Source: Narcine bancroftii (taxonomy: Eukaryota). Taken from it: a DNA stretch of 64,000 bases. Both the position numbers and the translations under genes were made by a program. Under the pieces are notes generated by a model. The model was not told the origin of the DNA, made no database searches, and saw only the letters and a list, made by a program, of their open reading frames with translations. The stretch lies in the NCBI RefSeq assembly GCF_036971445.1, contig NC_091473.1, forward strand, positions 211,048,001-211,112,000, written 5' to 3'. This document shows, piece by piece, positions 24,283 to 37,839 of the stretch. Every line of letters starts with the position of its first letter. Position 1 is the first letter of the stretch.

Positions 24283-27200
24283 ATTCAGATTTATTGTCAG
24301 AGTACATACATGACATCACATATAACAGAGATTCCTTTTTCCTGCAGGCACGGCAGAATTACCACTAATTGGTAGTACAAAAAATAAACTGTCTCTCTTT
24401 GGCTTGGCTTCGCGGACGAAGATTTATGGAGGGGTAATGTCCACGTCAGCTGCAGGCTCATTTGTGGCTGACAAGTTCGATGCGGGACAGGCAGACATGG
24501 TTGCAGCGGTTGCAAGGGAAAATTGGTTGGTTGGGGTTGGGTGTTGGGTTTTTCCTCCTTTGTCTTTTGTCAGTGAGGTGGGCTCTGCAGTCTTCTTCAA
24601 AGGAGGTTGCTGCCCACCAAACTGTGAGGCACCAAGATGCACGGTTTGAGGTGATATCATCCCACTGGCGGTGGTCAATGTGGCAGGCACCAAGAGATTT
24701 CTTTAGGCAGTCCTTGTACCTCTTCTATGGTGCACCTCTGTCTCGGTGGCCAGTGGAGAGCTTGACATATAACATGATCTTGGGAAGGCGATAGTCCTCC
24801 ATTCTGGAGACGTGACCTACCCAGCGCAGTTGGATCTTCAGCAGCGTGGATTCGATGCTGTCGGCCTCTGCCATCTCGAGTACTTCAATGTTGGAGATGA
24901 AGTCGCTCCAATGAATGTTGAGGATGGAGCGGAGACAACGCTGGTGGAAGCGTTCTAGGACCCGTAGGTGATGCCAGTAGGGGACCAATGATTTGGAGCT
25001 GAACAGGAGTGTGGGTATGACAATGGCTCTGTATACTCTAATCTTTGTGAGGTTTTACAGTTGGTTGTTTTTCCAGACTCTTTTGTGTAGTCTTCCAAAG
25101 GCACTATTTGCCTTGGCGAGTCTGTTGTCTATCTTGTTGTCGATCCTTGCATCCGATGAAATGGTACAGCTGAGATAGGTAAACTGGTTGACCGTTTTGA
25201 GTTTTGTGTGCCCGATGGAGATGTGGGGGGGGGGGGGGCTGATGGAGGACCTCAGTTTTCTTCAGGCTGACTTCCAGGCCAAACATTTTGGCAGTTTCCG
25301 CAAAACAGGACATCAAGCGCTGAAGAGCTGGCTCTGAATGGGCAACTAAAGCGGCATCATCTGCAAAGAGTAGTTCATGGACAAGTTGCTCTTTTGTCTT
25401 GGTGTGAGCTTGCAGGTGCCTCAGATTGAAGAGACTGCCATCTGTGCGGTACCGGATGTAAACAGCGTCTTCATTGTTGAGGTCTTTCAAGGCTTGTTTC
25501 AGCATCATGCTGAAGAAGATTGAAAAGAGTGTTGGTGCGAGAACGCAGCCTTGCTTCACGCCATTGTTAATGGAGAAGGGTTCAGAGAGCTCATTGCTGT
25601 ATCTGACCAGACCTTGTTGGTTTTCGTGCAGGTGGATAACCATGTTGAGGAACTTTGGGGGGCATCCGAGGCGCTCTAGTATTTGCCAAAGCCCTTTCCT
25701 ACTCACAGTGTCGAAGGCTTTGGTGAGGTCAACAAAGGTGATGTAGAGTCCTTTGTTTTGTTATCTGCACTTTTCTTGGAGCTGTCTGAGGGCAAAGACC
25801 ATGTCAGTTTCCTCTGTTTGCGCGAAAGCCGCACTGTGATTCTGGGAGAACATTTTTGGCAACACTAAGTATTATTCTATTTAGGAGAATCCTAGCGAAG
25901 ATTTTGCCTGCAATGGAGAGCAGCGTGATTCCCCTGTAGTTTGAGCAGTCTGATTTCTCACCTTTGTTTTTGTACAGGGTGATTATGATGGCATCACGAA
26001 GGTCCTGAGGCAGCTTTCCTTGGTCCCAGCAGAGCTTGAAAAACTCATGCAGTTTGGCATGCAGAGTTTTGCCGCCAGCCTTCCAGACCTCTGGGGGGGA
26101 TTCCATCCATACCTGCTGCTTTGCCACTTTTCAGTTGTTCAATTGCCTTATATGTCTCTTCCCGGGTGAGAACCTCATCCAGCTCTAGCCTTAAGGGCTG
26201 TTGAGGGAGCTGGAGCAGGGCGGATTCTTGGACTGAGTGGTTGGCACTGAAAAGAGTTTGCAAGTGTTCTGACCATCGGTTGAGGATGAAGATCTTGTCA
26301 CTGAGGAGGACTTTGCCGTCTGAGCTGCGCAGCGGGCTTTGGACTTGGGGTGAAGGGCCGTACACAGCCTTTAGAGCCTCGTAAAAACCCCTGAATTTGC
26401 CAATGTCCGTGCTGAGCTGGGTTCATTTGGTGAGGCTAGTCCACCACTCATTTTGGATCTCCCAGAGTTTGTGCTGAAGATGGCTGCATGCACGACGGAA
26501 GGCTCTTTCTTCTCTGGCCAGGACGGCTTTGCAAGGTGAGCCTGGTGGGCAGCTTGCTTCTTTGCCAGCAGCTCCTGGATTTCCTGGTTGTTTTCGTCGA
26601 ACCAGTTCTTGATTTTCCTGGAATGTAAAACAATATAAAACTGTAAACAAACTGACTGCAATACAGAGAGAACAAAAAGAAAATCAATAAACTGCTCAAG
26701 TAAAAGCCCTTTAATGAGTCTCTGATTGAGTTTGCTGTTGAGGAGTCTGATGGCAGCAGTGAGAACAGAGCATGTGGTGGGTGGTCTTTCATGATTGCTG
26801 CTAATCTCCGACATGTGCTAAGTAGTGGGGAAGGTTTTGCCTGTCATGTCCTGGGATGTGTCCACTACCTTTTGGAGGGCTTTTCGCTCAGGTACATTGG
26901 TGTTTCCATATCAGCCCACGATGCAGCCAGCCAGCACACTTTCTACCACACCTCTGTGCTTTCTTCATGATGCCATTAGTGTGTTGGGTACAGGAAAGAT
27001 CCTCCGAGATAGTGACTCCCAAGAACTTAAACTTCCTCACCCTCTCCACCTCTGATCCCTCAATGATCACTGGATTTTATTTCTTGAAGTCAACAAGCAC
27101 TTCTGTAGTTTTGGTGACATTGAAGACAAGGTTGTTCTGGTACACCATTCGGCCAAATTTTTAATCTCCATCCTGTATGCCGACTCATCTCCATCCATTA

Positions 27201-27750
27201 TACAACCCACTACCGTGGTATTGCTGGCAACTTGTTTGATGGGATCATTATCATACCGAGCCACACAGTTGTAGGTGTAAAGTGAGTAGAGGGCTAAGAA
27301 CACAGCCCTGTGGTGCTCTGGTACTGATGGAAAATGTGGAAGTTTTTACAAGCTTCGCAGATTGTGGTCTGGAGGTGACAAAATCCATGATCCAATTACA
27401 CAGTGGAGTTTTAACTCCCAGGTCCTGGAGTTTTCTGATCAGTTTTGAGAGGACGATGGTGTTAAATGCCAAACTGTAATCAATAAATAACATCCTGATG
27501 TATGCATCTTTGCTGTCCAGGTGTCCAAGGGGTTTGTGTAGAGCCAGTGAGATGGCATCCACTATAGACCTGATATTACAATAGTCAAAATGGAATATAT
27601 CCATGTTAATGTTCAGACAGGAGCTGATATCACCAGCTTTTCTAAGTGCTACTGGTCGATAGTGATTAAGGCAGGTTACTGCACTCTTCTTTGGGCACCA
27701 TATGATTGACGCCTGTTTGAAACGTGTGGGTACCTTGCAATGGTGCTGGT
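24283..27750 (-). mobile_element. Rex1/Babar LINE remnant interrupted by an RTE
   Basis: Motifs FKQASII...CLNHYRPVAL, DAISLALH, YIRMLFIDYSLAFNTI, LCNWIMDF, APQGCVLSPLL and VERVRKFKFLGVTISEDLS. Confidence 0.8.
24393..26622 (-). mobile_element. RTE LINE, 5'-truncated
   Basis: RT motifs NYRGITLLSIAGKIFARILLNR, PESQCGFR, GVKQGCVLAPTLF, LLFADD and QLRWVGHVSRM. The 3' end ...cttcgtccgcgaagccaagccaaag is shared with the other two copies. Confidence 0.9.
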
Positions 27751-28196
27751 GGCAGGAATCAGCGACATCCAAGAGCTGAGCGATGACAGATACAAGATAA
27801 TGGGGAGGGCACAGGCAATGTATGGGTAGAGTATACTCACTTGGATGTTGGAAACTCCGGCTACAAAGTAAGTCTCTCTCTTCCCTCTTTGTCTCCTTTC
27901 CCTCAGATCTACTCACATTTTTCCCGCCTATCCTTCATTCCATTTCCAATTAACACCTTTGTCCGACCACACAAAGTGATCACGATAAATTTACTAACCA
28001 GAGGAAACGTTCAGCAAAATATTCAACAAAGCAACGTCCCCCTGGAGTTAAACAAAGAAACCTGCAGATGCTGGATCGAGGGCAGTTCAGCAAAGTGCTG
28101 GAAAAACTCAGCAGGTCACGCAGCATCTTCAGGAAAAGTAAAAGCTGAACCACGTTCTGAGCCTTTCGTCACGAATCTGCACAAACAGGTAAAGGC

Positions 28197-28990
28197 CTGA
28201 ATAAAAAGGCGGAGGGAGGAGCACAGGATAAAACGTCAGGGGTAATAGGTGGATCCATGTGGAAGGGGAGAAGAGAAAGAAGCTGAGAAGTGATGGGGCG
28301 AGGACAGAGGGACCAAAGAAGGTAGAGATCTGACAGGAGACGGGAGGAAAGGGGCTGGGGAGTTGGAGGGAAGGAGATGGAGAAGGAGGAGGGAAGGAGA
28401 GAGAACGTTCCGGGACGTCGGTTCCCTTCACTCCCTCTGGATGCTGCGTGAGTTTCTCCGGCGCTTCAGGTTCCAGCGACTGCAGCTGCTTGTGTTTCTC
28501 TGATTGACACTGTTGCACTGCTGTAACTGTCAATCTGCTCGTAGGGCGGGGCTAACAGAAATGGGTGTCACTGATTGGTCGGTGAGCGGCGTTGTGTATG
28601 ACATCATTTCCTGGTGGCAACGCACATCGAGGAGGAGATAACGTGGAAACGCACATCGAGGAGGAGATAACATAAAATTGGGAGCAGAATCCGTAACACT
28701 GCGCACAGCAAGAGCGATGTCAGTGTTTCTATCCAGAATGCAACGGGCGCCAGAAACCGCTCAATCTAGTATGCCTTAAAAAAAGACCCAAACTGCAACT
28801 GAAGCACGTGATAATCGTTATGACGTAATCGCACACAATGCCCGCCCATTTATCTCCACTCTGCATCTTCCACCAATGTCCAACTTCGGAAACCTGTCAC
28901 TCTCTCAGACCCGCCTCCTGACCAATCACCGTCACGTGTCCTATTCCCCCCCCGTCGGATTCGCTAACGGAAAATGTCAATCCTGCTCCC
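28197..28990. promoter_or_regulatory. Promoter-like region between the divergent ZNF paralogs 2 and 3
   Basis: A copy of the 3107-3560 module, then CACGTG E-boxes (about 28805 and 28933), TGACGTAA (about 28821), CCAAT boxes and CpG enrichment. Confidence 0.45.
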
Positions 28991-30517
28991 TCGCACCTGC
29001 GTACTGGGCACCTTGAGGGGAAGTGGTTCTGCGCTTCTTTCGTTCAGTAAATACATGGAAAGGTTGGAGCATCTCAGCAGGTCCCGCAGCGACCAACAGG
29101 AGGTAAAGATCTACTCCCGACGGGGCGGGCCTGAGCCCTTCTTCAGGGGCTGTCAAAAGCCGACAGCGTCCGAATTAAAAGGCTGGGGAGAAACAGCAGG
29201 GGGAGGAGAACAGAGCGACAGACAAAAGATGTTAATAGGATGTGGATGGGAGGACAGGAGAGAGGGAAGGGGGAGGACTGGTGGGGGAGGGAGTTGGCTG
29301 TGTGGAAGCAGAACTGGGGGAACAGGGCACAGGGGGGAAGAAGGAGATCTAGAGGAAAGGGGACATGGGGATAGATGGGGAGGGAGGGTGAAGTCTGAAG
29401 ACACAATGATTGTAAAAACACAAATGCTGCAGGAACTCAGCATGTAGTCGGTGTATGGGTTTAAAAAGGCATGCGCTTCTTCAGGTAGGGTGGGATCTTG
29501 ACCACTCGAGCACAGGGATTATTCTGGCCCTCATCTAGCCGAGCCTCGGTGAGGTAACTGGTGGGATACTTTGATCTGGTCAATGGCCGTCGGAATCTTC
29601 ATCCAGACTCCTGTGCCAACTTGAGGAAGTCCAGAGGAGGGGGAGGCTTGCAGACCAAAATCTCCGGAGTGCATGTCTCCTGTGTCTCGTCTGCCTCCAT
29701 GCTGCCTGTTGTGGACGCCACTCAGTCCACTGCCTGCACTGCCATGGTCTGCCTACTGGCATTTTAAGATGTGGCTGCTGAACGATTGCTGATTCCTGGA
29801 TTCATTCCATCATTTCTGGGCGACTTTGAGGAGAGAACGTGAGATTCAACTCAGGCTCTGATGGGATGTGGGCAAGGCCCATAAAAGACTGTTCTATCAG
29901 GAGACCACACAAGGTCCCACCAAAGCCCAAGGAGCTGTTTGACAGAGTTTCAACTAGGACTGACCACTGAGTACTCACTCATTTGGCAGAGTGACCAGAA
30001 GAAGGAGGCGTCGAAGGACCAGCGGTTTGAGAGGTTGCTAGGTATGTATGTGAGACCGTGAGTGCAGACGCTGTGGGATATGAACCCATATCTTAGCCTT
30101 AATTTTTCTAGATCGATGGTGGGGAGTCTGGAGGCAAATTAGAGCTGCTGGTGAAAGATGGCTCCTCTGTCATGGATCTGGCGAGAATAATATGTTCTCG
30201 CAAGATGCATCCAGCGAGGTCCACATCATAGCTTGTGGGAGCATCTGTCGCAGGTCAGTCCCAAGGCGGTCAAGTGGCTGGAAGCTCCCTTGTCTCTGGA
30301 CAGGCTGATGGTAGAATTCATCGGAACCTTCTGGAACATCATGGGTCCTGGGGGAGATGTCCTTCTCTTGGTGCAGGGCAGTCGTAGTCCGACTGCCAAG
30401 AAAGGGAAATCTTGAATTGACACCCCAGTATCCTTCCTCAGTGCAGAGTATAAGATCTTTCCTCTGTACTGGTCCAAATGATCCACCCTGTCAAGTCCAT
30501 TCAGGACAATCTTCACC

Positions 30518-31787
30518 CAGGGGTGTAGCCAGGTTCTAATGTTAGGGGGGGAGAGTGAGCACATTAAAAAGGCACCGCGACACAAATTAGATGGTGAGTC
30601 AGTAGTTGAATGGCAGGTCACACTGATTTTTCAGCAGCGTCCGTCTGGGGGTGGGGGGGCGGTGGGGCATCAGACCAGGGTAGGGTGTGGAGGGGCACAA
30701 TGCATAACAAATAATTTTAAATTCATCATACATTTTTATTTATTATTTATCAATAACTTTATAACTTTGAAAGACAAGGATAAGTAAATACCTTCGTAGC
30801 TTTTCCTCTCCAGATGCCAGCGACTAGACTACTCCCCCGAGCACATTCTTCAAAGCTGGTGCCATTTTGAATTGTTTGCTCACTGCTCAGTCTTCTGTTG
30901 CACACTGGTGGGTCACCCCTCTCATGACGCGCTGGTGGGCCACCCCTCCCGTGACGCGCTGGTGGGCCACCCCTCCCGTGACGCGCTGGTGGGCCACCCC
31001 TCCCGTGACGCGCTGGTGGGCCACCCCTCCAGCGACGCGCTGGTGGGCCACCCCTCCAGCGACTTGCTGGTGGGCCACCCCTCCAGCGACTTGCTGGTGG
31101 GCCACCCCTCCAGCGACTTGCTGGTGGGCCACCCCTCCAGCGACTTGCTGGTGGGCCACCCCTCCAGCGACTTGCTGGTGGGCCACCCCTCCAGCGACTT
31201 GCTGGTGGGCCACCCCTCCAGCGACTTGCTGGTGGGCCACCCCTCCAGCGACTTGCTGGTGGGCCACCCCTCCAGCGACTTGCTGGTGGGCCACCCCTCC
31301 CGCGACTTGCTGGTGGGCCACCCCTCCCGCGACGTACTGGTGGGCCACACCCCCTCCAGCGACTTGCTGGTGGGCCACACCCCCTCCAGCGACGTACTGG
31401 TGGGCCACACCCCCTCCAGTGACTTGCTGGTGGGCCACCCCTCCCGTGACTTGCTGGTGGGCCACCCCTCCCGTGACTTGCTGGTGGGCCACCCCTCCCG
31501 TGACTTGCTGGTGGGCCACCCCTCCCGTGACTTGCTGGTGGGCCACCCCTCCCGTGACTTGCTGGTGGGCCACCCCTCCCGTGACTTGCTGGTGGGCCAT
31601 ACCCCCGCCGTGACGCGCTGGTGAGCCACCGCCCCCACCTCAACTCCCCCGGTGATGCACCTGCATTGATGGCCCAGAAGTGCATCACAGGAGGCTGGGC
31701 CGTGAGCACACAGTTTAAAAAGGCACCACCTGTAAAGAATGTGCTCGGGGGAACTCTCCCAGCACCTGCCCCTTAGCTACGCCAATG
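30518..31787. mobile_element. Putative non-autonomous hAT-like DNA transposon carrying a minisatellite
   Basis: Imperfect TIRs: CAGGGGTGTAGCCAGG at the left, and CATTGGCGTAGCTAAGG as the reverse complement of the right end. Subterminal AAAAAGGCACC occurs near both ends. No convincing TSD. Confidence 0.4.
30903..31625. repeat. 27-bp GC-rich minisatellite, about 26 units
   Basis: Unit GCTGGTGGGCCACCCCTCC(A/C)G(C/T)GAC(TT/GC), with several 30-bp variants. Confidence 0.95.
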
Positions 31788-34361
31788 CATTCAATTGGTT
31801 CGGGACCTGGCATAACTGTCCTGAATGGTTGGTCTGTCAATTGCTTTTCTCTCTATCTGCCAGGAAAAGACATTCAACGGGGTGGATCACGGTTCCCCGC
31901 TTTGGACCCTGTGTGCGATTGGGGCTATGTTTCACAGTCGTCATATGACTGTTGTACCCATGGCAGTGTCTCGTCAAGGTTAACAGGTCCCTAACGGCAC
32001 TTTTTCACTTCTTCAGGGGTGCCCCATGTCAGGACAACTGTACTCTGTTTTCACAGAGTCATTCCTGACCCTTCACTGGAAGCGGTTGATAGGTCTGATT
32101 CTGCGAGATCCCGAGATGGGAGTCTTCCTCTCGACTTACACAAACTGTATCATCTTCATGGTCACTGAACATGTTGACCTGCAGAGGATGTGCAACTGCC
32201 AGAAGGTCTTTTGGCCATATCCTCTGCCAGGGTCATCTAGGCGATGTGCTCAAACCTTCTGGTGGGACATTTGGAGGTGGACTCCCTGCTCATGCAGATG
32301 CAATCCTTTGAGTGGAGAACCTCCCATCTCCTGTACCTGGGGGTCCAACTGAGTGCCACTGGGGAGTCCTTTCTGGACAACTGGAGGGACCTAGGGGTGA
32401 AGGTCTCTGATCTGTTGATGTGCTGGTCAGGTCTCCACCATGCAATCTTGTACCAACACTGGTCATCAACCAGCTGGTGGCCCTGATGTTGTGGCTGGCC
32501 TCCCTGGTCCTGCCCACGGTTTTTGTCACCACGACCCAGAGGAAGTTGGTGGACTTTCTCTGGGGAAACAGGATGCACCAGGTCTACACAGCGGTCCTGA
32601 GTCTGTGGATCGAGGAGGGTGGTCAGTCGCTGGTGTGCTTCCATACCCAGCTGGCGGCCCTCTGTGTCAGGGCCATACACAGATACATGTACACAGCACC
32701 TCCACGATGGCACATGCTGGCCACAGATTTCCTTCACCAGGGACACTGCCTTTAGGCAGCCGTGCCTCTCTGTGGGAGCTGCCTACGCTTTATCGTGAGC
32801 TGTTGCAGGTCTGGGGCGTGGTCTCTTGGAGGGGCTGGTCCTTGTCCTGTGGAGATGGGTGTTGGGTTGAGAGAAGGGTAAAGGGGGGAGGCGGAGCAAT
32901 CCCAGCTGCATTGAACCCCCATCAGCCAGTGTTGTTTGTCAATCCCAAGGACCGATGTCTCTTTCTGGAGCTGGTCCGCCACAGCGTGACCTGCCTCACG
33001 AATCCTGTACGGGTTGCTACTGCACACATTCCACTTCCTCACCCTCAGCAGTCATCTGGACACGCCGTGGCGGACCGTTTTACCACCCAGCAGTGAGGGT
33101 GGACCCCAGAAGAGGTCTCTTTGTGCAGGTGTCCTCCCCAGTGTTACTGGACCCATCACGTTGGCTTGTGTGTGGCTTCACTGGTTAACGAGCATTTTAG
33201 GCCTGAGCCCTTCTTCAAGGTGTGATTAAAACATCGTCTGAAGTCGTCTGAATTTAAAGGCTCAGGAGGAGGAAAGAAAAATGGTGTGGTGGGGAGTAGA
33301 GACCAACAAACAGATGTGGATGGGAAGGGGAGAATAAGTGGGGGATGGGGGTTGGCTGTGTGAAAGCAGAAATGAGGAAAAGAGACAGAGGGAACAGGGC
33401 ATAGAGAGAGAGATTCCACTTTAGAGCTAGAGGTGCTAACATCCAGGTCTATGTGTTCTCCCCGTACCTTGCCTGTCCCCACCCCAATTATCTGACCTCT
33501 GACCTTACTCAACTCTCGGATGCAGCTGAATGCCTGCCACCAGCGCCATCTTTGCAAAGGAACCCCCGCTCCCATCCCCTCAAAACTGCTGCTTGTGTTC
33601 AGTTGTGAGAGAACGTGACTGATTCTGGGACGGTGTCACATGGGGTGATTGCAGTTGAGTGACAGGTCTCTAATGAGACTGTTTGTGGGTTGGGTGGATG
33701 CGATTGGTTGAAAGTTGGTGGTCCTTTCAACGTTATAGTAGAAGGTTGATGTGTGGGCGTATGTGCTGTTGAGGCTCATTGGACAGTGCAGTTTCTGGAC
33801 TGTTTGGGGATTATTAGTAACACTTCAGCCATCAACTTCTGAAACAAAAGTTGCTATGAGCCTTTGACATAAAAATCTAAAATAATTCCTGCTCTCACCC
33901 TCAGATCGTCACATGTTTACTAAAATATGGTTCACACAACTAGACACCATATAACAGTAATTAATGTTTGTTGCCTCTCATCCTTTCCATTAAAACATAT
34001 AACATTTGCTTCTCTGTGCTAAATTTCACCCTCCAGTTCTTTTCTCCTCACAGTTCAGAACACTTCCAAAATTTGTCATGTAACTGGCCATGTGTCCAGG
34101 GTGTGTTGTCCTGGAACATTGGCTGCAGAGAATGTCATTCTCCCTCTCACTCCACCATCTTCTCTTCACAGGGTTAAGAAAACAGTGCGTTTCCAGGCAG
34201 GAAGCTGCAGATAACAACACGTTGTGGTCTGACGCTCTGACTGTATTCCTCGGGACCGTAGTATCAACCAGATTCTCGGTGGATTAGGAGCACTGAGATC
34301 ACCGCATAGAGAAACCCTTCACCCATTGAGTACGTAAACTGGACTTCAGCCTACGGCTGAC

Positions 34362-35537
34362 ATGGAGGGTCAGGTGCCCAGTGATACAGCACTTCAAAGT
34401 GAAGCGTGCGGTAAGGCAGGGCTTTCTGTGGACTTGCTGGAAACACATCCCTGCACTCAGACTTGGGAGAGACCGTTCCCCTGTTCCGAGTGTGGGGAGG
34501 TGTTCACCAGCTCTGAGGCACTGCTGCAACACCAGTGTGTCCCCACTAGGAGGAGCCCATTCCTCTGCTCTGATTGTGGGAAGAGCTTTCAAACGTCCAA
34601 GGACCTGGAGGAGCACGAGTGTGTTCCCCCTGGGGAGAGTCTGTTCACCTGCCGCGTGTGTGGGAAGGGGCTCACCCAGTCCTCCAGCCTCCTGCAGCAC
34701 CAGAACAATCACTCCGGGGAGAGAGCCTTTAAATGCTGTGCGTGTGGGAAGGGATTCTCTCGATCCTCCAACCTGCTACAACACCAGAGAATTCACACTG
34801 GGGAGAGGCCGTTCACTTGCTCCCTGTGTGGGATTGGATTTACTCAGTCTTCCAACCTTCGGGCACACCAAAGAGTTCACGCTGGGGAGAAACCTTTCAC
34901 CTGCTCCCTGTGTGGGATCGGATATACTTACTCCTCCCAACTGCGGGTACACCAGCGGGTTCACACTGGCGAGAAACCATTCCTTTGCTCAGTGTGTGGG
35001 AAGAGGTTCTCTCAGCTCTCTGGTCTGCAGGCACACCAGCAGGTTCACACTGGGGAGAAACCTTTCAACTGCTCCCTGTGTGGGAAGGGGTTCTCTCAGC
35101 TCTCTGGCCTGCAAGTTCACCAGCGGGTTCACACAGGGGAGAAACCTTTCACCTGTTCCCTGTGTGGGAAGGGGTTCTCTTGGCCATCTGGCCTGCAGGC
35201 CCACCAACGAGTTCACACTGGGGAGAAACCATTCAGTTGCTCCCTGTGTGGAATCAGATTCACTGAGTCCTCCCACCTGCGGGCACACCAGCGGGTTCAC
35301 ACTGGGGAGAAACCATTCACCTGCTCCCTGTGCACGAAGGGGTTCTCTCGTCAATCCAGCCTGCACGCACACCTGCGGGTTCACACCGGGGAGAAACCGT
35401 TCACCTGCTCCCTGTGTGGGATCAGATTCACTCATTCCACTAACCTGCGTAGGCACCAGAGAGTTCACGCTGCAGAGAAACCGTTGTCTCCCAGCAAGGA
35501 ATTTGTTAATTCCTCTTCTCTGCAGGCCCACTGTTGA
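34362..35537 (+). CDS. C2H2 zinc-finger protein, paralog 3 (391 aa; 2 CCHC-type plus 10 canonical fingers)
   Basis: Intact ORF starting MEGQVPSDTA with TGEKPF-linked fingers. Splice acceptor at 34170-34171. Confidence 0.9.
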   Translation: MEGQVPSDTALQSEACGKAGLSVDLLETHPCTQTWERPFPCSECGEVFTSSEALLQHQCVPTRRSPFLCSDCGKSFQTSKDLEEHECVPPGESLFTCRVCGKGLTQSSSLLQHQNNHSGERAFKCCACGKGFSRSSNLLQHQRIHTGERPFTCSLCGIGFTQSSNLRAHQRVHAGEKPFTCSLCGIGYTYSSQLRVHQRVHTGEKPFLCSVCGKRFSQLSGLQAHQQVHTGEKPFNCSLCGKGFSQLSGLQVHQRVHTGEKPFTCSLCGKGFSWPSGLQAHQRVHTGEKPFSCSLCGIRFTESSHLRAHQRVHTGEKPFTCSLCTKGFSRQSSLHAHLRVHTGEKPFTCSLCGIRFTHSTNLRRHQRVHAAEKPLSPSKEFVNSSSLQAHC

Positions 35538-37839
35538 ATTTGCACAGGGGAAAGACTGTTCACGTTCTCCCTGTGTGGGGAGGTGTTCACTCCATCTGTG
35601 GCTGGGATTTTGTGTTGAGATCATAAAGCAGCCAGGAGACGTCAATGTTGTTAACTGTTGGACAAGACTTAGCTGTACAAGTTCCCTTTGGTGTTTACAA
35701 TTGATTAAATTTGAAACTCTGCACTGCAATCTCTGGATTATCAGATGATGAGGGAAGGTCACACAGCATCTATTGAAAGGAAAAGACAGTTGACATTTTG
35801 GGGCTGAGCCCTTCGCCAAGAGTTACAAAAATGAGGCAGGTGCCAAATTAAAAAGTGAGAGGAAAGGGGATAGCAGACGTTTAAATGTGGACATCTGATG
35901 GGAGAAGGGTGAAGGAGGTGGGGACCTAGAGGAGAGGGCCCGAGAGATGAGGGAAAGAGACTGAAAAGGGGTTAATGGATTGGAAGTCAATGTTCATGCC
36001 CTCTGGTTGGAGACTGCGTAGATGGGATATGAGGTGTTGCCCCTTCAGTTTGTGAGTGGTGTCCACGAGTTGGATCCAGATTATTGTTCTGATGCGGGTT
36101 TTCCTTGCAGCTGTGTTTGTACAATCCCCAGTCAGCCTGCTGCACCTGTTCATTGGATTTTTAATGTAAACTGCATCAGATCTCCTGGGGTCACCTCCCC
36201 TTTGTACTTGCTGGGCTGGCTGGTACAGATGGCCCCTGTCTGACCTGTATCTTGATGGACATTGAATAAAAATGTCTACGATCAGCAGATTTTGGCCTTG
36301 TTCTTGACTTCTGAACCAGCTTCTGGGCAACATTGTCTCCAGACCCGAAATGCCCTTTAAAACCTACCAACCTGTGCTGCTGTAATGCTATTATTGGTGA
36401 CCTGTGAACTTCTCCCACCAGTGATTTATGTCCCGTTATTATTCCTATTCTACCCAGATGGATTCAACATTCTGTTCATTTGAATTCCCTGATATCCCTG
36501 GGTATTTACTGTATATACTCATGTTGTCATTGATACCATGTAATAGGTGTCTCCCCTATTTTTGGCACTAACTGCCTGTCAGCCAAGCTCCCAACTGGGG
36601 ATCCTCACTCCAGCCAATAGACCATTCTAATTCCCGAAACCCTGGCTGCCCACCCATCTAAATTCCTGACCACAGATCTTCTCCCCAGCTTCCCGCCCAA
36701 CCTATCTCCCAATGTCCTGGCACCCCACGCATCCAAACTCCTAGCAACCTGACTGCCCGACCATCTGAACTCCCAATTGAGGATCCTCATCCCGGCCACC
36801 TGCCCATCTGAGCTCCCAACACTATGACCACGGACTTATCAGCAGGTCCTTGCCATCTGAGCTCAATGACTGAAAGAATAACACAGCTACTTCATGAGGT
36901 AAAACGTTTGACCTATGTAAAAATTGACCCCCAGCCCTTGGTCAAATGATTGGACGATTACACGAGTATTTATGGTAATTCCCAATAATCTCGAAACTGC
37001 ATCCACATTTGTGTAATGGCCACACCCTTTTTGGCTGATTTAATCACCATTTCCAAAGCTCTGGGCATTTTTCAATCAAATTGCAATGTGGCCTTTTTTA
37101 TCTATTGCATTGAATTTTTTCTGTCCTCCACTTTGACTTTCCCCATTTCTACATTTTCCTCTTTTCCTTCTGTCATCCTGCAGATAATACCACTTCCCTG
37201 CCATAGTCATCTCACCCTCCCCAACAGCACTGGCAAATAATACCCCTGGGATATTGATCCCAGTCCAGCCCAGGTGTCGACCATCCAGATGGGATGGTGG
37301 GACGAGCAAACACATGGGGGATGAAACATGGAGGTGAATGCGGAGAGATACCGTTTTGAGGAGCTCTGGCGAGGGGTTATTGGAATGTATCCATGCTCAC
37401 TTCCTTATGAGCATGTTACAGAATCCATACAGGGTCAGATTAACATAGTAGCGAAGTAGCAAATGCTACGGGCCCCGGATTTTCAAGGACCCCTGCATTT
37501 ATGTACTTTGAATAATGAGAAACCATTTTTGTTTTCATCTATATGCAGTAGCTGAGAGACCAGACTGATAGACTGTGTTAACAACCCTGATGAAAGGTGA
37601 TAATAGGCTAAAATCACTAACCTTAAATTTACCACAGTCTTGGGTGAGTTGTATCACATATCTGCTACACAATGGTCTGATTAAAGGAGATAATAGGCTA
37701 AAACTACTAACCTTAAAGAGGGGTGCCACTGTCCTCACCTTGTCCGACTGTCTCGCTCTGAGTCTCCTACCCTCGTCTGCTGCCCAGCTGTTCCCCCCGC
37801 CCCTGGTCATTTACCTTCCCCCTCCCGCCCCCATGTGGA

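Larger units (their letters stand above)
29450..33150 (+). mobile_element. Tx1-like LINE ORF2 remnant, interrupted at about 30518-31950
   Basis: Degenerate motifs LWEHLSQVS...LEAPLSL, GQLYSVFTESFL, LLYLGVQL, LVINQLVA, LVDFLWG and LSLWIEEGGQSLVC are characteristic of Tx1-clade ORF2. Confidence 0.65.

Noticed and set aside
30903-31625. CRISPR-like array or functional Chi sites (GCTGGTGG)
   Set aside because: The repeats are contiguous with no unique spacers, there are no cas genes, and the context is eukaryotic. Chi is a RecBCD signal with no established role here.
30759-31709. Five long overlapping ORFs with 9-aa repeats
   Set aside because: They arise from a 27-bp minisatellite (length divisible by 3, few stops) and are open on both strands, with no gene context.
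34381-35819. Long alternative-frame and antisense ORFs over the ZNF genes (also 413..1214 and 50033..51334)
   Set aside because: These are typical shadow ORFs of repetitive C2H2 arrays (FTLGRNHS-type repeats).
36580-37720. Degenerate C-rich repeats (36580-36860) and a duplication of about 34 bp (37594/37683)
   Set aside because: Low-complexity or small local duplications with no supportable function.
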